Assembly (NCBI GenBank): GCA_965215565.1 | Contig: CBDCDZ010000004.1 | Span: 3,040,001 to 3,104,000, forward strand | Length of the DNA: 64,000 nucleotides | Reading direction: 5' to 3' | Source: Trueperaceae bacterium | GTDB lineage: Bacteria > Deinococcota > Deinococci > Deinococcales > Trueperaceae | Shown: piece after piece, positions 10,183-21,349 of the stretch | How positions within the stretch are numbered: the stretch's first letter is position 1 | How the letters are laid out: every line of letters begins with the position of its first letter | The notes under the pieces: model-generated | What the model saw: only the letters and a program-made list of their open reading frames with translations | Told to the model about the DNA's origin: nothing | The model's database searches: none | Made by a program: the position numbers and the translations under genes

Positions 10183-10831
10183 TTAAGGTGACAACCGCTC
10201 AATCCTCCACCTTTCGCTCTCTAACGAATACAAAAACCTATCGTGCAAGCGGCTCGGCCTCCCCTGCCAAAACTCGATGGCAACGGGTCTCACCACGTAG
10301 CCACCCCAGAACTCGGGCAGCGGCACGTCACCCTCGCCGTACGTCTTCTTGAAGCTCCGCCAACCTCTCCTCTAGCACCTCGCGCCCCTCAATCACGCGG
10401 CTCTGATGCGACGCCCACGCGCCGAGTTGCGAGGCGTGCGGACGGCTTTTGAAGTAGGTGAGCGATTCTTCGCGCGAAACCTTACCCACCTCTCCGCGAA
10501 TTCGCACTTGCCGCTCGAGCCCTAACCAGTTAAAGACCAGCGCCACGTTCGGATTCTCAGCCATATCTTGCGCTTTATTGCTTTCGTAATTGCTGTAAAA
10601 GACGAAGCCCCGTTCGTCTAAGCCTTTGAGCAAAACAACTCGAGCCGACGGTTGACCTCTTCCGTTCACGGTGGCTAGGGTCATGGCGTTGGGCTCGAGC
10701 AGCTCCGCCTCGATAGCCTCGTCCAGCCAAGTTCTAAATTGCTCTATAGGGTCAGGATTGAGGTCACTAGGCTCGAGGCTTTTCATCGTGTAGTTCTGAC
10801 GCAAATCGGCAATAGATGCTTTCGTGGACAT
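10183..10831 (-). CDS. pdxH: Pyridoxamine 5'-phosphate oxidase, with +1 frameshift near 10350
   Basis: [22 protein letters not shown]; other frame continues PLPEFWGGY...[13 protein letters not shown]...RLSP* to TAA at 10183-10185. Confidence 0.9.
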
Positions 10832-11055
10832 AGGAGTATTGTAAGCTCGAGGTGTTCCCATTCAGCCTCTCAACATATCAAGTAGGACGCAAGTGTCCCA
10901 GTTTGCGCCTCTATGCTACGTCAGCGTGTAGCGAACTATCTCTTCTGAAGACGAATGCGCAAACTGTGGTACACCGAAAAAGAAGAAGTAATTCGGGGCG
11001 CGATACAGATGCGTATAGAGTGATTGCGTAAACTTCTATTCACAGGAGGACCATC

Positions 11056-11360
11056 ATGGACGACAGCAACAAAGAGCAGATGAGGTACAACACCGACGAC
11101 GAGGCGCGTGAGCGCGACGGTAACGCCAGCGACGTGCCGCACATGTTAGACGAAGAGGCGAATACGAGGCCGCTAAGCGCAACGCCTCTAGCGCGGCAGA
11201 TGGAAGACCTCATCGCAGACACGCAGGACTGGATGGAGATGAGCCAGAGCGAAGAGGCGAGAGACATCTACAACACGCTCGTACCGATATTTACGAGCGG
11301 CTCGACAACCCGCCTGAAGACACCGACGACGAAGCGCGGATGGGCGAAGAAGCATTGTAG
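11056..11360 (+). CDS. Small acidic hypothetical protein, probable frameshift near 11276
   Basis: AGGAGG RBS; acidic sequence continues in alternative frame ARTDIYERLDNPPEDTDDEARMGEEAL*. Confidence 0.6.
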
Positions 11361-11619
11361 CAGACTCACATTTCTCTCAGATCAACGCCTTTTGCGCTTA
11401 GAGCGTGAGAATTCATAAAGAGCTTGTGAATGTAAAGAGTGCATGAAGTCAAAAGCGCAGATTTGTAAGCAACCGGCGGGAGGGTAACAGGTAAACTCGC
11501 TCAGCACTGAAGCTTTCTTGCTTCATGAATAACACTGTGTAACGTTCTCTTCTCAGTGTTTCGCCCTAGCGTGCCTCGGCTTACTCACTTCCGATGTCCC
11601 TACACGCTAGGGTTTCCTT

Positions 11620-13679
11620 ATGTCGAAGCGTACGCCTAACCGTTCAGCCCCAAACCGTTTAGCTCAAGGAGACGAGCCCCTACCTCTTACAGCACGCTAA
11701 TAACCCCGTGGACTGGTTTCCGTGGGGAGAGGAGGCGTTTGCTAAGGCTCGAAGCGGAAGACAAACCCATCCTCCTCTCGGTAGGCTACTCGGCGTGCCA
11801 CTGGTGCCACGTGATGGCGCACGAATCGTTCGAGGACGAGGCGACGGCAGAACTCATGAACCGTGACTTCGTGAGCGTCAAAGTGGACCGCGAAGAGCGC
11901 CCCGACGTGGACGCGATTTACATGAACGCGGTGCAGGCGATGACAGGCGCGGGTGGCTGGCCCATGACCGTGGCGATGACCCCGGACGGCAAACCGTTTT
12001 TCGGCGGCACGTACTACCCGCCCGAAGACCGCTACGGACACCCAAGTTTTAAGCGCGTATTGACGAGCCTAGCGGACGCCTGGCGGACGCGGCGCGAAGA
12101 GGTCGTGAAGTCGGCGGAGGGGATGACGCAGTATTTGGGGCAGCTCTCGAGTCTCCCTACCCAACCCGGCGACTTGAGCGCTGATATTTTAGAGGACGCT
12201 CTAAAAAGTTTGCAGACCTCTTTCGATAGAGTGTCAGGCGGTTTCGGCGGCGCACCCAAATTTCCACCTCATAGCACTTTGGATTTTCTGCTCAACCGCT
12301 CTGAACCTGTAGCAAGAGAGATGGCAGACCTCACGCTCACAAAGATGGCTAGGGGCGGCATCTACGACCAACTAGGCGGCGGCTTTGCTCGCTACAGCGT
12401 GGACGCCGTGTGGCTCGTGCCGCACTTCGAAAAGATGCTCTACGACAACGCGCAACTTGTGAGGCGTTACCTGAGAGCGTATCAGCAGACGGGTCAACCT
12501 CTTTACAAGGAGACGGCGGAAGGTACGCTCGAGTGGGTTAAGCGAGAGATGACCGATCCTTCGGGCGGCTTTTACAGCGCTCTGGACGCCGATTCTGAGG
12601 GCGTCGAGGGCAAGTTCTATGTTTGGGACGAAGACGAGGTAGAGGACCTCTTGGGTGAGGACGCACCTCTTGCAAAGGCGTATTACGGCGTTTCAAGTGC
12701 GGGCAACTTCGAAGGTAAGAATATCCTCAACGTCACGCGCTCAAAAGAAGAGGTTGCGGAGCAACTCAATCTCAGTTCAGAGGATTTCGAGAAGAGGTTG
12801 GCGCGTGTCAACGAGGTGCTTTTTGAGGCGAGAGAAAAGCGCGTCCGCCCCGGCTTAGACGATAAAATTCTCCTCTCTTGGAACGGACTCATGCTCGCCG
12901 CGTTTGCCGACGCCGGGCGTATTTTAGAGCGGCAAGATTATCTCGATATTGCGGTAAAAAACGCCGAATTTATCCGCCTCGAGATGCTGCGAGACGGGCG
13001 CTTGCTCCACTCCTATAAAAGTGGCGAAGCGAAGATTGCCGGGCTTCTAGAAGATTACGCCTACTTCGGACTCGGTTTAGTCGCGCTCTATCAAGCGACG
13101 TTCGACAGTCAGTGGCTACTCCTCGCCTTAGAACTCGCGGACACCATCACGAAACACTTTCACGACGCCGAGAACGGCGGCTTTTTTAGCACCGCCGACG
13201 ACGCAGAAAAACTCATCGTGCGCCCCAAAGACTTCTTCGACGCGGCGGTTCCTTCGGACAATGGGGCGGCGGCGGAACTGCTTGTAACCTTAGCGCGGTA
13301 TACGGACAACCGCGCGTGGGAAGACTTGGCGGCCGGGGCGATCAAGCCGATGACAGAGGCGATGAAACGGCAGCCTAGCGGCTTCGGGACGCTGCTCGGT
13401 GCGTTAGAGAGGTTATTGAGTGAGCCTCGAGAAATCGCCATCTTCGGAAACAAAGAGGATGAAGAGGTGCAGAGGCTTCTCCAAAGCGTTCGCGAACACA
13501 CCTCACCCTTTACCGCGTTCGCTGTCGTCGAACAAGATGATCCGCTCATCCCTCATCTACCTTTTTTACAAGAGAGAGGTCAGATAGAGGGCAAACCAAC
13601 CGTCTACGTCTGCGAAGGTGGCGCGTGCAGATTACCCGTGACAACGGTTGAAGAGGTGCGCTCACAACTTAGGCGCTAA
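11620..13679 (+). CDS. Thioredoxin-domain protein, YyaL/SSP411 (DUF255) family; two +1 frameshifts in 5' end
   Basis: Reassembled [65 protein letters not shown]. Confidence 0.9.
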
Positions 13680-13688
13680 AATAGATTT

Positions 13689-14019
13689 ATGCCGTTAGCA
13701 CTACCCGAAGACTTGCGTCAGTTACTAGGGCAACTCGGCGAGCGTTTAGGGGAGTTTTACGCTGGGCTCATCCTCTTCGGTTCGTATGCGAGGGGGGATT
13801 GGACGGAGCACAGCGATGTGGATTTGCTTTTGTTGCTCGAGGGGGAGGTCGGCTCGAGTAGGGAAATTATGCGAGCCGAAGATGTTGCTTATCCCTTTGC
13901 GCTAGAATCTGGTCATCTTTTGACCCTGGTTCCTGTCAGTATTGATACGGCTTTTGCGACGACTCAGTATTGGTGAACCTCTCCTGATCAGCGTACGCGA
14001 GGAAGGAATCAGCATATCA
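13689..14019 (+). pseudogene. Minimal nucleotidyltransferase (MNT antitoxin), frameshifted C-terminus
   Basis: LFGSYARGD..SDVDLL; typical ending EPLLISVREEGISI lies in another frame. Confidence 0.8.
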
Positions 14020-14410
14020 GCGAGATAGAACACATAAAGAAGCAAGCTGCCCTCTTAGAAAAAGCGGAGCGCTCTTTGCGTGTCGCCGAAGAGATTTACA
14101 AGGGCGGCAGCTTCGACTTTGCCGCGTTACGCGCTTATTACACTTATTTCTACACAGTTGAAGCGCTTTGACTCTCGCAAGGGGTAACGGTCTCGAGTTA
14201 CAGAGAAGCAATATCTCAGTACGGTTTACATTTCGCGAAGACTAAGCGCCTTGACCCCGCCTTTCATAGGATGATGCGCAGAGCTTTTGGACTACGTTAA
14301 ATCGGCGACTACATGATTGAGAAACCCGTCGCGCCTCAAGACGCTGAAGAGGTCATCCGCGAAGGATGGATGTTCTTAAAGGCGGCTAAGGCTTATACGG
14401 AATTGCACGG
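14016..14410 (+). pseudogene. HEPN domain toxin, inactivated
   Basis: LLEKAERSLRVAE...RAYY...R*IGDY; start codon is ATC, in-frame TGA 14169 and TAA 14298. Confidence 0.82.
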
Positions 14411-14678
14411 TTTACTTACTCTTGCCAAGGGCGTTAGAGCTTACCATCACAGATGGGTACGGCATAGTTTTGCAAACTAAGTAGGTGTGTCGAAATAACC
14501 TAAACTAGAGAATGTCAACGAAGTTCGTTCTGAGCGCAAAAACTTCCTCGAGATAGTTTAGGGTATTGAAGTCGAAGTACTTATGCCGTGCAACCTCGTA
14601 TTACCTCGCCTCGCTCTAGCCTTACGCATTGTCCGTGAAATAGCAAGCAACTTCCGAACTCTGCTTTAGAATAAGCAC

Positions 14679-15230
14679 ATGGCAAATATAGAAACCGCAA
14701 CCCTCGGCGCAGGCTGCTTCTGGTGCGTCGAAGCTGTCTTCCAAGACTTAAAAGGCGTCCAGCGCGTCATCTCCGGCTACACGGGCGGCGAGACGCGAAG
14801 CCCCACCTACCGCGAAATCTGCGGCGGCGACACGGGTCATGCCGAAGTCATCCAAATCACCTTTGACCCAGAAGTTATCTCTTTTGAAGACCTCTTATAT
14901 GTCTTCTGGCGCACGCACGACCCGACGACCTTAAACCGTCAAGGCGCGGACACCGGTACGCAGTACCGCTCAGCGATTTTTTACCACAGCGAAGCGCAAA
15001 AAGAGATTGCCGAAAGGTCCAAAGCCGAAGCCGACGCTGCCGCCCTCTACCGCAATCCCATCGTCACCGAAATCACGTCCGCTTCTGAGTTTTACGAAGC
15101 GGAGACGTATCACCAGAACTTCTACCGCCAAAATCCGAGTCAGGGCTACTGCCGCGTGGTGATCGACCCCAAGGTGAAGAAGTTGAGGAAAGAGTTTGGG
15201 GATAAGTTGAAGGGTGCGCAGGCTGCCTAA
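14679..15230 (+). CDS. msrA: Peptide-methionine (S)-S-oxide reductase
   Basis: GCFWC, GHAE, HDPTTLNRQGAD.GTQYRS; TAGAAT 6 nt before ATG. Confidence 0.97.
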   Translation: MANIETATLGAGCFWCVEAVFQDLKGVQRVISGYTGGETRSPTYREICGGDTGHAEVIQITFDPEVISFEDLLYVFWRTHDPTTLNRQGADTGTQYRSAIFYHSEAQKEIAERSKAEADAAALYRNPIVTEITSASEFYEAETYHQNFYRQNPSQGYCRVVIDPKVKKLRKEFGDKLKGAQAA

Positions 15231-15354
15231 GTAGTGGCGTCACGCTAGCGGACTGCAGAAGGTTGAATGGACATATTCCGCTCAACCTTCTTTTGATGTC
15301 CAAGCTTGAATTTAGTGCCCCGAGATAGCTGTAACTTACGTAGGATATTGAGGA

Positions 15355-16113
15355 CTACAATAAATTGTCGAGCGTGGGTTCTAGCGCTCCTAATGTAGTG
15401 AGGAAGTTAAAAAGGACAACGACAATTAGCACAATGACTAAGCTGAGCGTCCAGATACTCCTCTGCTCAGTATTTTCACCTGAACGCATGTCAGCTTTAG
15501 GTAGCTTTAACCACCAAAAGCCCAACCAAAATGCGGTAGCAGCTACCACCAAGCCTACGATGCCAGCGGTAGGCATACTCGGTGACATTTCTATATCAAA
15601 GTGCAAAAGTAGGGTAGCAATGAAATTGCCCAGTCCATGCACTACAATAGCTGTCCATAGTTGACCCGTTTTAATCACCATCAGCGCGACGAGGACAAAC
15701 GGGGGAAAGAAGACTAAGGCGTCTACAAGCGTACCGTGTATAAAGCCAAACAAGGCACTCGTAAACAGTACGGCGAATAGAGTGGAGCGAGCATCACGGT
15801 AGGCTTTAAGCGCGAGTCCTCTAAATATGAGTTCTTCGTAAAAGGGCACGAGAATGGCGACGCCAAGAATAGTAAGTGATAGCTCCAAAGCAGAATTTGC
15901 ATTGGATTCAAAAGGCGTAATATCAGCATTGTATAAATTCGGCATAAACGCGCTCGCGAAATTCAGTAAGCCTGCCTCTATCACAAAAACCAGGACGGTT
16001 AGACCTATAGCGTTGAGTAAGCTAATATCTTGGTGGCGTCTAAGTACCTCGAGAGGACTGTCCGCCGTTCCTCTAAGAAGGTATTGTAAAATCCCCACTA
16101 TAGCAGGTATCAT
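15355..16113 (-). CDS. CPBP (CAAX/Abi) family intramembrane metalloprotease
   Basis: EELIFRG, FGFIH, HGLGN motifs; multiple TM helices; AT-richer; start uncertain. Confidence 0.85.
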   Translation of the reverse strand: MIPAIVGILQYLLRGTADSPLEVLRRHQDISLLNAIGLTVLVFVIEAGLLNFASAFMPNLYNADITPFESNANSALELSLTILGVAILVPFYEELIFRGLALKAYRDARSTLFAVLFTSALFGFIHGTLVDALVFFPPFVLVALMVIKTGQLWTAIVVHGLGNFIATLLLHFDIEMSPSMPTAGIVGLVVAATAFWLGFWWLKLPKADMRSGENTEQRSIWTLSLVIVLIVVVLFNFLTTLGALEPTLDNLL

Positions 16114-16380
16114 CTGGTTTGAGCCAATCTCACATAATAGGACAACGACTAGCACGTACATTGTAGGATGATATCTGCGCTATTTCAATCCAATACTTCT
16201 GATAACCGCTATATAAGTAGCGCGTTCAGACAGAAAGCAGCTCCCTCACTTACACCTAAAAACACGAAGAGAGGACTGACTGAGCCAGCGAGAAGAATAA
16301 GGAGAAGGAGACTACGATTAGCAAGTTGCACAGCATTGGGATGAACAGCTGTCGCTTCGTCCACTTGTTTCATTTCGCGC

Positions 16381-17529
16381 TCAGCCAATCGCAGGCAACG
16401 CCTCAAAATCCACCACCGGCTTATTCGCCAACACCGCTGCCGCGTCGGGCGTATGGACGATGTTGTACAAACTGTCGCGCTGCCGCGGAATATAGCCCGC
16501 CTCGGTCACTTGGCGGATAATCTCGCGCTCAGGCGCGTTGTCGTTTTTCGCACCTGCTTGCGAGACGACGTTCTCTTCCAACATCGTCGAGCCAAAGTCG
16601 TTCGCCCCGAAGTGCAGCGCGGTCTGCGCGACCTTGAAGCCCATCGTGGGCCACGAGGCTTGGAAGTTGTGGATGTTATCCAAGAAGAGGCGACTCACCG
16701 CAAGGTTCTGCAAGTATTCGTGCGCCCCTGCGCCGGGTGCTTTGCCCTCCACGCGGACGCCTTCGGTTTGGAGCGTCCAGGAGATAAAGGCGGAGAAGCC
16801 GTTGCCGTACTTCGCCAATGACTTATCTTGCTGGTCGCGGACGCGCTTCATACTCTCCACGCGCTGCGCGGGCGTTTCCCCGAAGCCGATGACCATCGTC
16901 GCGGTTGTGTAGAGCCCGAGCGACTGCGCCTCTTCCATCACACGGAGCCAGTCGTCCGTGCTGATGCGAGCGGGTGAGATGTGCTTAGCGTGGCGCACCT
17001 CGTCCACGAGCATCTCGCCGCCGCCGCCGGGGAGGCCGTCCAGTCCTGCGGCTTGCAGTTCGCGCAAGACCTCTAAGCTCGTCATTCCTGTAAGCTTGCT
17101 CATCCCCTTAATCTCTTCGGGTGAGAAGGCTTCGACGCGGATACTTGGGTGGTGCGTTTTAAGGTGCTTCATGAGGTCTAAGTACCAGGTGAACTCTAAA
17201 TACGGATTCACCCCGCCCTGCATCAAGATGCGCGTGCCGCCTAAATCCTCTAGCTCGCGTACCTTCTGGCTGATCTCTTCAAACGACAAGGTGTAGGCGT
17301 CGTCTTGCCGCTTCGTGCGGTAAAAACCGCAAAAGGCGCAGCCGACGTTGCACACATTCGAGTAGTTGATGTTGCGGTCGATGAGGTAGGTGACGGTTTT
17401 GGGGTCGGTGCGTCTTTGGCGTACGGCGTTGGCGGCGGCGGCGAGGTTGAAAAGAGGTAAGTCGTAGAGTTTGACGCCCTCGTCTAAACTAAGTCTCTCG
17501 CCGGAGGCGGCTTTGTGAAGCAGTTCCAT
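16381..17529 (-). CDS. mqnC: Cyclic dehypoxanthinyl futalosine synthase (radical SAM)
   Basis: RNINYSNVCNVGCAFCGF, ILMQGG, PGGGGE, GANDFGSTMLEENVVS. Confidence 0.93.
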   Translation of the reverse strand: MELLHKAASGERLSLDEGVKLYDLPLFNLAAAANAVRQRRTDPKTVTYLIDRNINYSNVCNVGCAFCGFYRTKRQDDAYTLSFEEISQKVRELEDLGGTRILMQGGVNPYLEFTWYLDLMKHLKTHHPSIRVEAFSPEEIKGMSKLTGMTSLEVLRELQAAGLDGLPGGGGEMLVDEVRHAKHISPARISTDDWLRVMEEAQSLGLYTTATMVIGFGETPAQRVESMKRVRDQQDKSLAKYGNGFSAFISWTLQTEGVRVEGKAPGAGAHEYLQNLAVSRLFLDNIHNFQASWPTMGFKVAQTALHFGANDFGSTMLEENVVSQAGAKNDNAPEREIIRQVTEAGYIPRQRDSLYNIVHTPDAAAVLANKPVVDFEALPAIG

Positions 17530-17787
17530 AGTTCTTTCAGTCTAGCACCGCGAGGTAATTTCAGACGTTGCTCGGTGAGAGGGTTCGCGGTTGGGACACG
17601 AAATGTCACCTGAGCACACGAACCCTCACCGAACTGAGAGAAATTGGCTCGAGCTTGCCTCAACTTCTCCTACGACCTCTTGCAAAACGCTCTAAAATCT
17701 CCGTAATTTGCTAAAAGTCGACCCGGCACGCTTTTTCGGTGTCGCCCGACTTTGTACTTGTTTACCCCCTGTGTATACAATGGGACC

Positions 17788-20700
17788 ATGTCAGCCGATA
17801 CCCTCACCAAGCCTACCCCGGAAACAAATCCTTGGCGGCGCATCTTCGAGGATGTGCGGGAGGGGATTGGCAACAAGCGGGATGAGGCGGGCGTCGTCGG
17901 CAGCATCAACTGGTTGCGCAAGCAGATGGAGCAGCGCGGCGCGAACCCGAATGTGGTGCGCAACATCATCTACCGCGACAAGGGCAAACTGAGCGACAAG
18001 CGCGTCCTCTTTGAAATCTTGAGCGAGCTGTGGGTAAATGCGGGCAAACCGCCCTTACAAGTTCCTGAACTAGAGGTCTTGCTCGCGGCGAGCACGAACG
18101 ACGACCAGGAGGTCATGCAGCTTTTGGGGCGCGAGAAGCGGCGGGCGTATCAGAGCTTCGTGAGCGGGGTGCGCTCGGAGCTGCACCCGAAACTGCTCGT
18201 GACCGGCAAGCCGGGCTCGGGCAAAACGCTCCTGACGGACTATATTCAGCAAGCTTTAGAGCTGCCGCCTAGAGCCGCCGAGACGATTTTGCGCCAGGAG
18301 TTCGGCGGCGACTTGGCGGCGGCGCTGAGCCGTTTGGCGACCTCTTTAGGCGTGAGCGCGGGCGCGTTCGAGTCGCGGCTCATCAAGATTGGGGTCTCGA
18401 GCGCCTACGCTGTACAAGCCGACGCGCAAGCGGACGTGGCGCGGGTCATTCTAGACGGCGTCCGCTCGCACGCGGGACCGCTCGTGCTTCTTTTTCACCT
18501 CTCGCAGTCGACGGTAGGGCAAGATCACTTGGGCGCGGCTCCACTTAGGCTAAGCACCGCCGACGTGCCGCGCGTCAACGTGGCGGAGTGGCTGTGGCTT
18601 TCTCTCCTAGAGCCGCTCAGCCACATGGCGCACGTGAGCCTTTTGGTCAGCACGACGAGTGTGCCTGCGAGGGTTCTGGGACATTTGGGCGCGTTCGAGG
18701 GTCCGGTCAAGCTCAACCCGCCCACCGTGAGTGAGGCGCGGCGCTTCGTCAAGGCGAGGGTGCCGCATCTGCCGCAGGGCGAGCAGGAGGCGCTAGTCGG
18801 ACGGGCGAAGCGTTCCTTCGAGGACCTGCGCACCTTGACGCTCTTAGCCGAAATCCGCGAGCCGCTGCCCGAAGGGGCGGCGAGCGACAAACACGTCGAG
18901 CAGCTCAGCCAACTCGCGCTGACCTCTTCCGAGCCGCGCCTCAGAGACTTTTTGGGCGCAGTGGCGGTCTTGTCGCTGCCGGAGCCGAGCTTTTCACACG
19001 CCGCTCTAACGGCGATTTTTCCTCACGATGAGCCCTTGAGTAGCCTCGAGAGTGCCTTTTTGGACGCTGTACCTAGCACCTCTCCCGACGCGCTCTCCGC
19101 AGATGAGACCTATTGGCGTTGCTTCTCGCGGCAACTCGTTCGCGCCCTACAAAAGCAACTCGTCGAGGCCGACCTCTCCCGGTACCGCGCCCTCAACGAG
19201 GCGGCGAGCCGTCACTATGAAAAAGGCGCGCACGCTGCGCCCAAAGGCGCGGCGACGACGCGCTATCTGTGTCACCTTTTAGAAGCGAGGAATTGGTCTA
19301 CGTTGCAGACGTGGCTAAGCCGCTACGGGGCGTCGCAGTCGCTCTTGCAGAGCGCGTGGCAGGCTGCCACTGAGGAGTTGCAGGACGTCTCGCAAAATGA
19401 ACCGGAGAGCGCCGAGTTCGAAGCTATCGCCCTTCACGTCGCCGCGCACTACGTCAAACTAGGCAGCTTCGAGCACCCTGATGTGGTGCAAGCGCTCCAA
19501 GTTTTAGCCGACTCGGACAACCCCCGCTTGCGCGCCTGGACCACCCTCAAGCGCGCCGAAGGCGAGGTGCTTAAGGGGCATTTCGGCGCAGCCGAAGCGC
19601 TTATAGGGCGCTGGCCCGACGTGGACGACGCCGTTCTCAACACCGAGGTGAGCCTGATCCGCGCGAGCATCGCGCGGTGGCGCTCTCAGCTGGGTGAGGC
19701 GGCGGCGCTCGTCGAGACGCAGGCGCGCGTCTTTTTGGAGCGCGTGCCGCCCCACAGCCAAGAGAGTAAACTTTTAGGGGCGAAGGTGGCGGCCTGGGCG
19801 GGTCTCATCGCCAAAGACAGGGGCGACTTGCAAGCGGCGCTGAAACACTTCGCTAGCATCGAAACCGACGACGATTTGGTGCGCGCGCGCCTCGCCTTTC
19901 AGCGCGGCGACATCAGAATGGCGCTCGGACATTTCGGCGCGGCTCTAGCCGAGTTCGACGACGCCGTGACCCGCTCCTTTGAGGCGGAAGCGCCGAGCCA
20001 CGAGCGGGCGCGCTACTTGGCGCGGCGGGCGAATTTGCAGCGGCTGCGCGGGCATTTTCGCAGCGCCGAACGCGGCTTCGAAAGGGCGGCAAACGCTTTG
20101 GGAAACGACGCCTACCCGACGAGCCGCCACGAGCTGGAGTGGGCGAAGGTCAAAGATGAGCACGCGCTCAACCTTCTCGCGCAAGGGCGGCATGAAGCGG
20201 CTATCTTTACCCTGCAGCGCAACCTCGCCACCTTCGGGCGCTACGCTCAAGAGCAAGAGGTGGACGCGAGCTTTCGCATTTTGCGGAGCACCTTGCGCCT
20301 CAGCCTCGCGTATTGGTGCCGCGCTCTGACGCAGCCGCTCGCGCTGCCCTTTTTGCGCGCCGCCGAAGACGCGCCCGCGCACCCCGACTTGGCGCACGCA
20401 CGCACGCTTATTGCCCGCGTCAAGGAGGCTCTAGGTGAGAAGCGCTACGGTCCGCTCCACCGTCAGGTGCACCTCGCCGCCAGCCTCATCCTAGAACCCG
20501 AAAGTGCAGCCATACACGCCCGGCACACGCTCACGTACATGCTAGAACACGCCTTAGAGGGCGCGCACTACCCCTACCGCGAGGCGGTGAGCCGCGCCTA
20601 TCTGGGCGCTGCGCTGCTGCGCTCCGGCGAAGTGGACGCGGCGTTAGCAGAGGTTGACAGAGCGCGGGAGGTCCTGCTGACCCTCGCCGACGAACACGGC

Positions 20701-21012
20701 GAAGGCACCGACAGCGGTCTGCTCGCGTGGCTCGCCGCCTTGCACCTCCAGGCGCACGCCCGCTTAGGGCAGAGTGAAGCGGTCCAAGCGAAGCTCACGG
20801 AGGCGCTAGATACGCCCGCGCTTCACCCCTACGCCGAGGTGCTCCTACGGCTCTACGGCGAACTCGCTGAAGCGTCCCCAGACTCAGCGTGGTTTCAGCA
20901 CGAAGGGTTGCGGCGTCACATTGCTCTGCACGGTGATTTGGAAAACCAGGCGCAGCGGAGTGTGCGCCTGCCTGATGCGCTTGTAGCGTACTGGCAGAGC
21001 TTGGACATCTAA
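17788..21012 (+). CDS. Large P-loop NTPase with C-terminal TPR-like helical repeats (STAND-like)
   Basis: Walker A GKPGSGKT; Ala/Leu-rich TPR-like repeats; TACAAT 6 nt before ATG 17788. Confidence 0.7.
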   Translation: MSADTLTKPTPETNPWRRIFEDVREGIGNKRDEAGVVGSINWLRKQMEQRGANPNVVRNIIYRDKGKLSDKRVLFEILSELWVNAGKPPLQVPELEVLLAASTNDDQEVMQLLGREKRRAYQSFVSGVRSELHPKLLVTGKPGSGKTLLTDYIQQALELPPRAAETILRQEFGGDLAAALSRLATSLGVSAGAFESRLIKIGVSSAYAVQADAQADVARVILDGVRSHAGPLVLLFHLSQSTVGQDHLGAAPLRLSTADVPRVNVAEWLWLSLLEPLSHMAHVSLLVSTTSVPARVLGHLGAFEGPVKLNPPTVSEARRFVKARVPHLPQGEQEALVGRAKRSFEDLRTLTLLAEIREPLPEGAASDKHVEQLSQLALTSSEPRLRDFLGAVAVLSLPEPSFSHAALTAIFPHDEPLSSLESAFLDAVPSTSPDALSADETYWRCFSRQLVRALQKQLVEADLSRYRALNEAASRHYEKGAHAAPKGAATTRYLCHLLEARNWSTLQTWLSRYGASQSLLQSAWQAATEELQDVSQNEPESAEFEAIALHVAAHYVKLGSFEHPDVVQALQVLADSDNPRLRAWTTLKRAEGEVLKGHFGAAEALIGRWPDVDDAVLNTEVSLIRASIARWRSQLGEAAALVETQARVFLERVPPHSQESKLLGAKVAAWAGLIAKDRGDLQAALKHFASIETDDDLVRARLAFQRGDIRMALGHFGAALAEFDDAVTRSFEAEAPSHERARYLARRANLQRLRGHFRSAERGFERAANALGNDAYPTSRHELEWAKVKDEHALNLLAQGRHEAAIFTLQRNLATFGRYAQEQEVDASFRILRSTLRLSLAYWCRALTQPLALPFLRAAEDAPAHPDLAHARTLIARVKEALGEKRYGPLHRQVHLAASLILEPESAAIHARHTLTYMLEHALEGAHYPYREAVSRAYLGAALLRSGEVDAALAEVDRAREVLLTLADEHGEGTDSGLLAWLAALHLQAHARLGQSEAVQAKLTEALDTPALHPYAEVLLRLYGELAEASPDSAWFQHEGLRRHIALHGDLENQAQRSVRLPDALVAYWQSLDI

Positions 21013-21349
21013 AGAACTTCGGGCTTTTAGCGCTTAGCCGTTAGCAGAGGTTTTTAAGCTAACAGCTTTGAATAAATGCCTTCACAGCGGGCCCAAGTGT
21101 TTTTGCAAGTAGGTTGAATGAAGTTTTGTGCGGGCTCGGACTGAGAGGCTCGAGCCCCACCTCTCCCACGTTCAACCTCTTCTCATAGCAGTTCCAGAAC
21201 TTATTGAGACGACTGAGGGCGTTCGTTTCGACTCGCAGAGAAGCTTTTAGCCTGCTAGCGGGCGCGTTCCACGCGACTGCGTAACATGCCGTTATCTACG
21301 CGCGATGTTTCAAAGATGCTACCTCTGGCTAAAGGCTCTTCTCCGCTCG

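Noticed and set aside
10340..10360. Programmed ribosomal frameshift in pdxH
   Set aside because: No recognisable slippery heptamer; neighbouring indels suggest sequence error
16209..16373. Small hydrophobic ORF between mqnC and the CPBP gene
   Set aside because: May be a frameshifted N-terminus of the CPBP protease; not supportable as a separate gene
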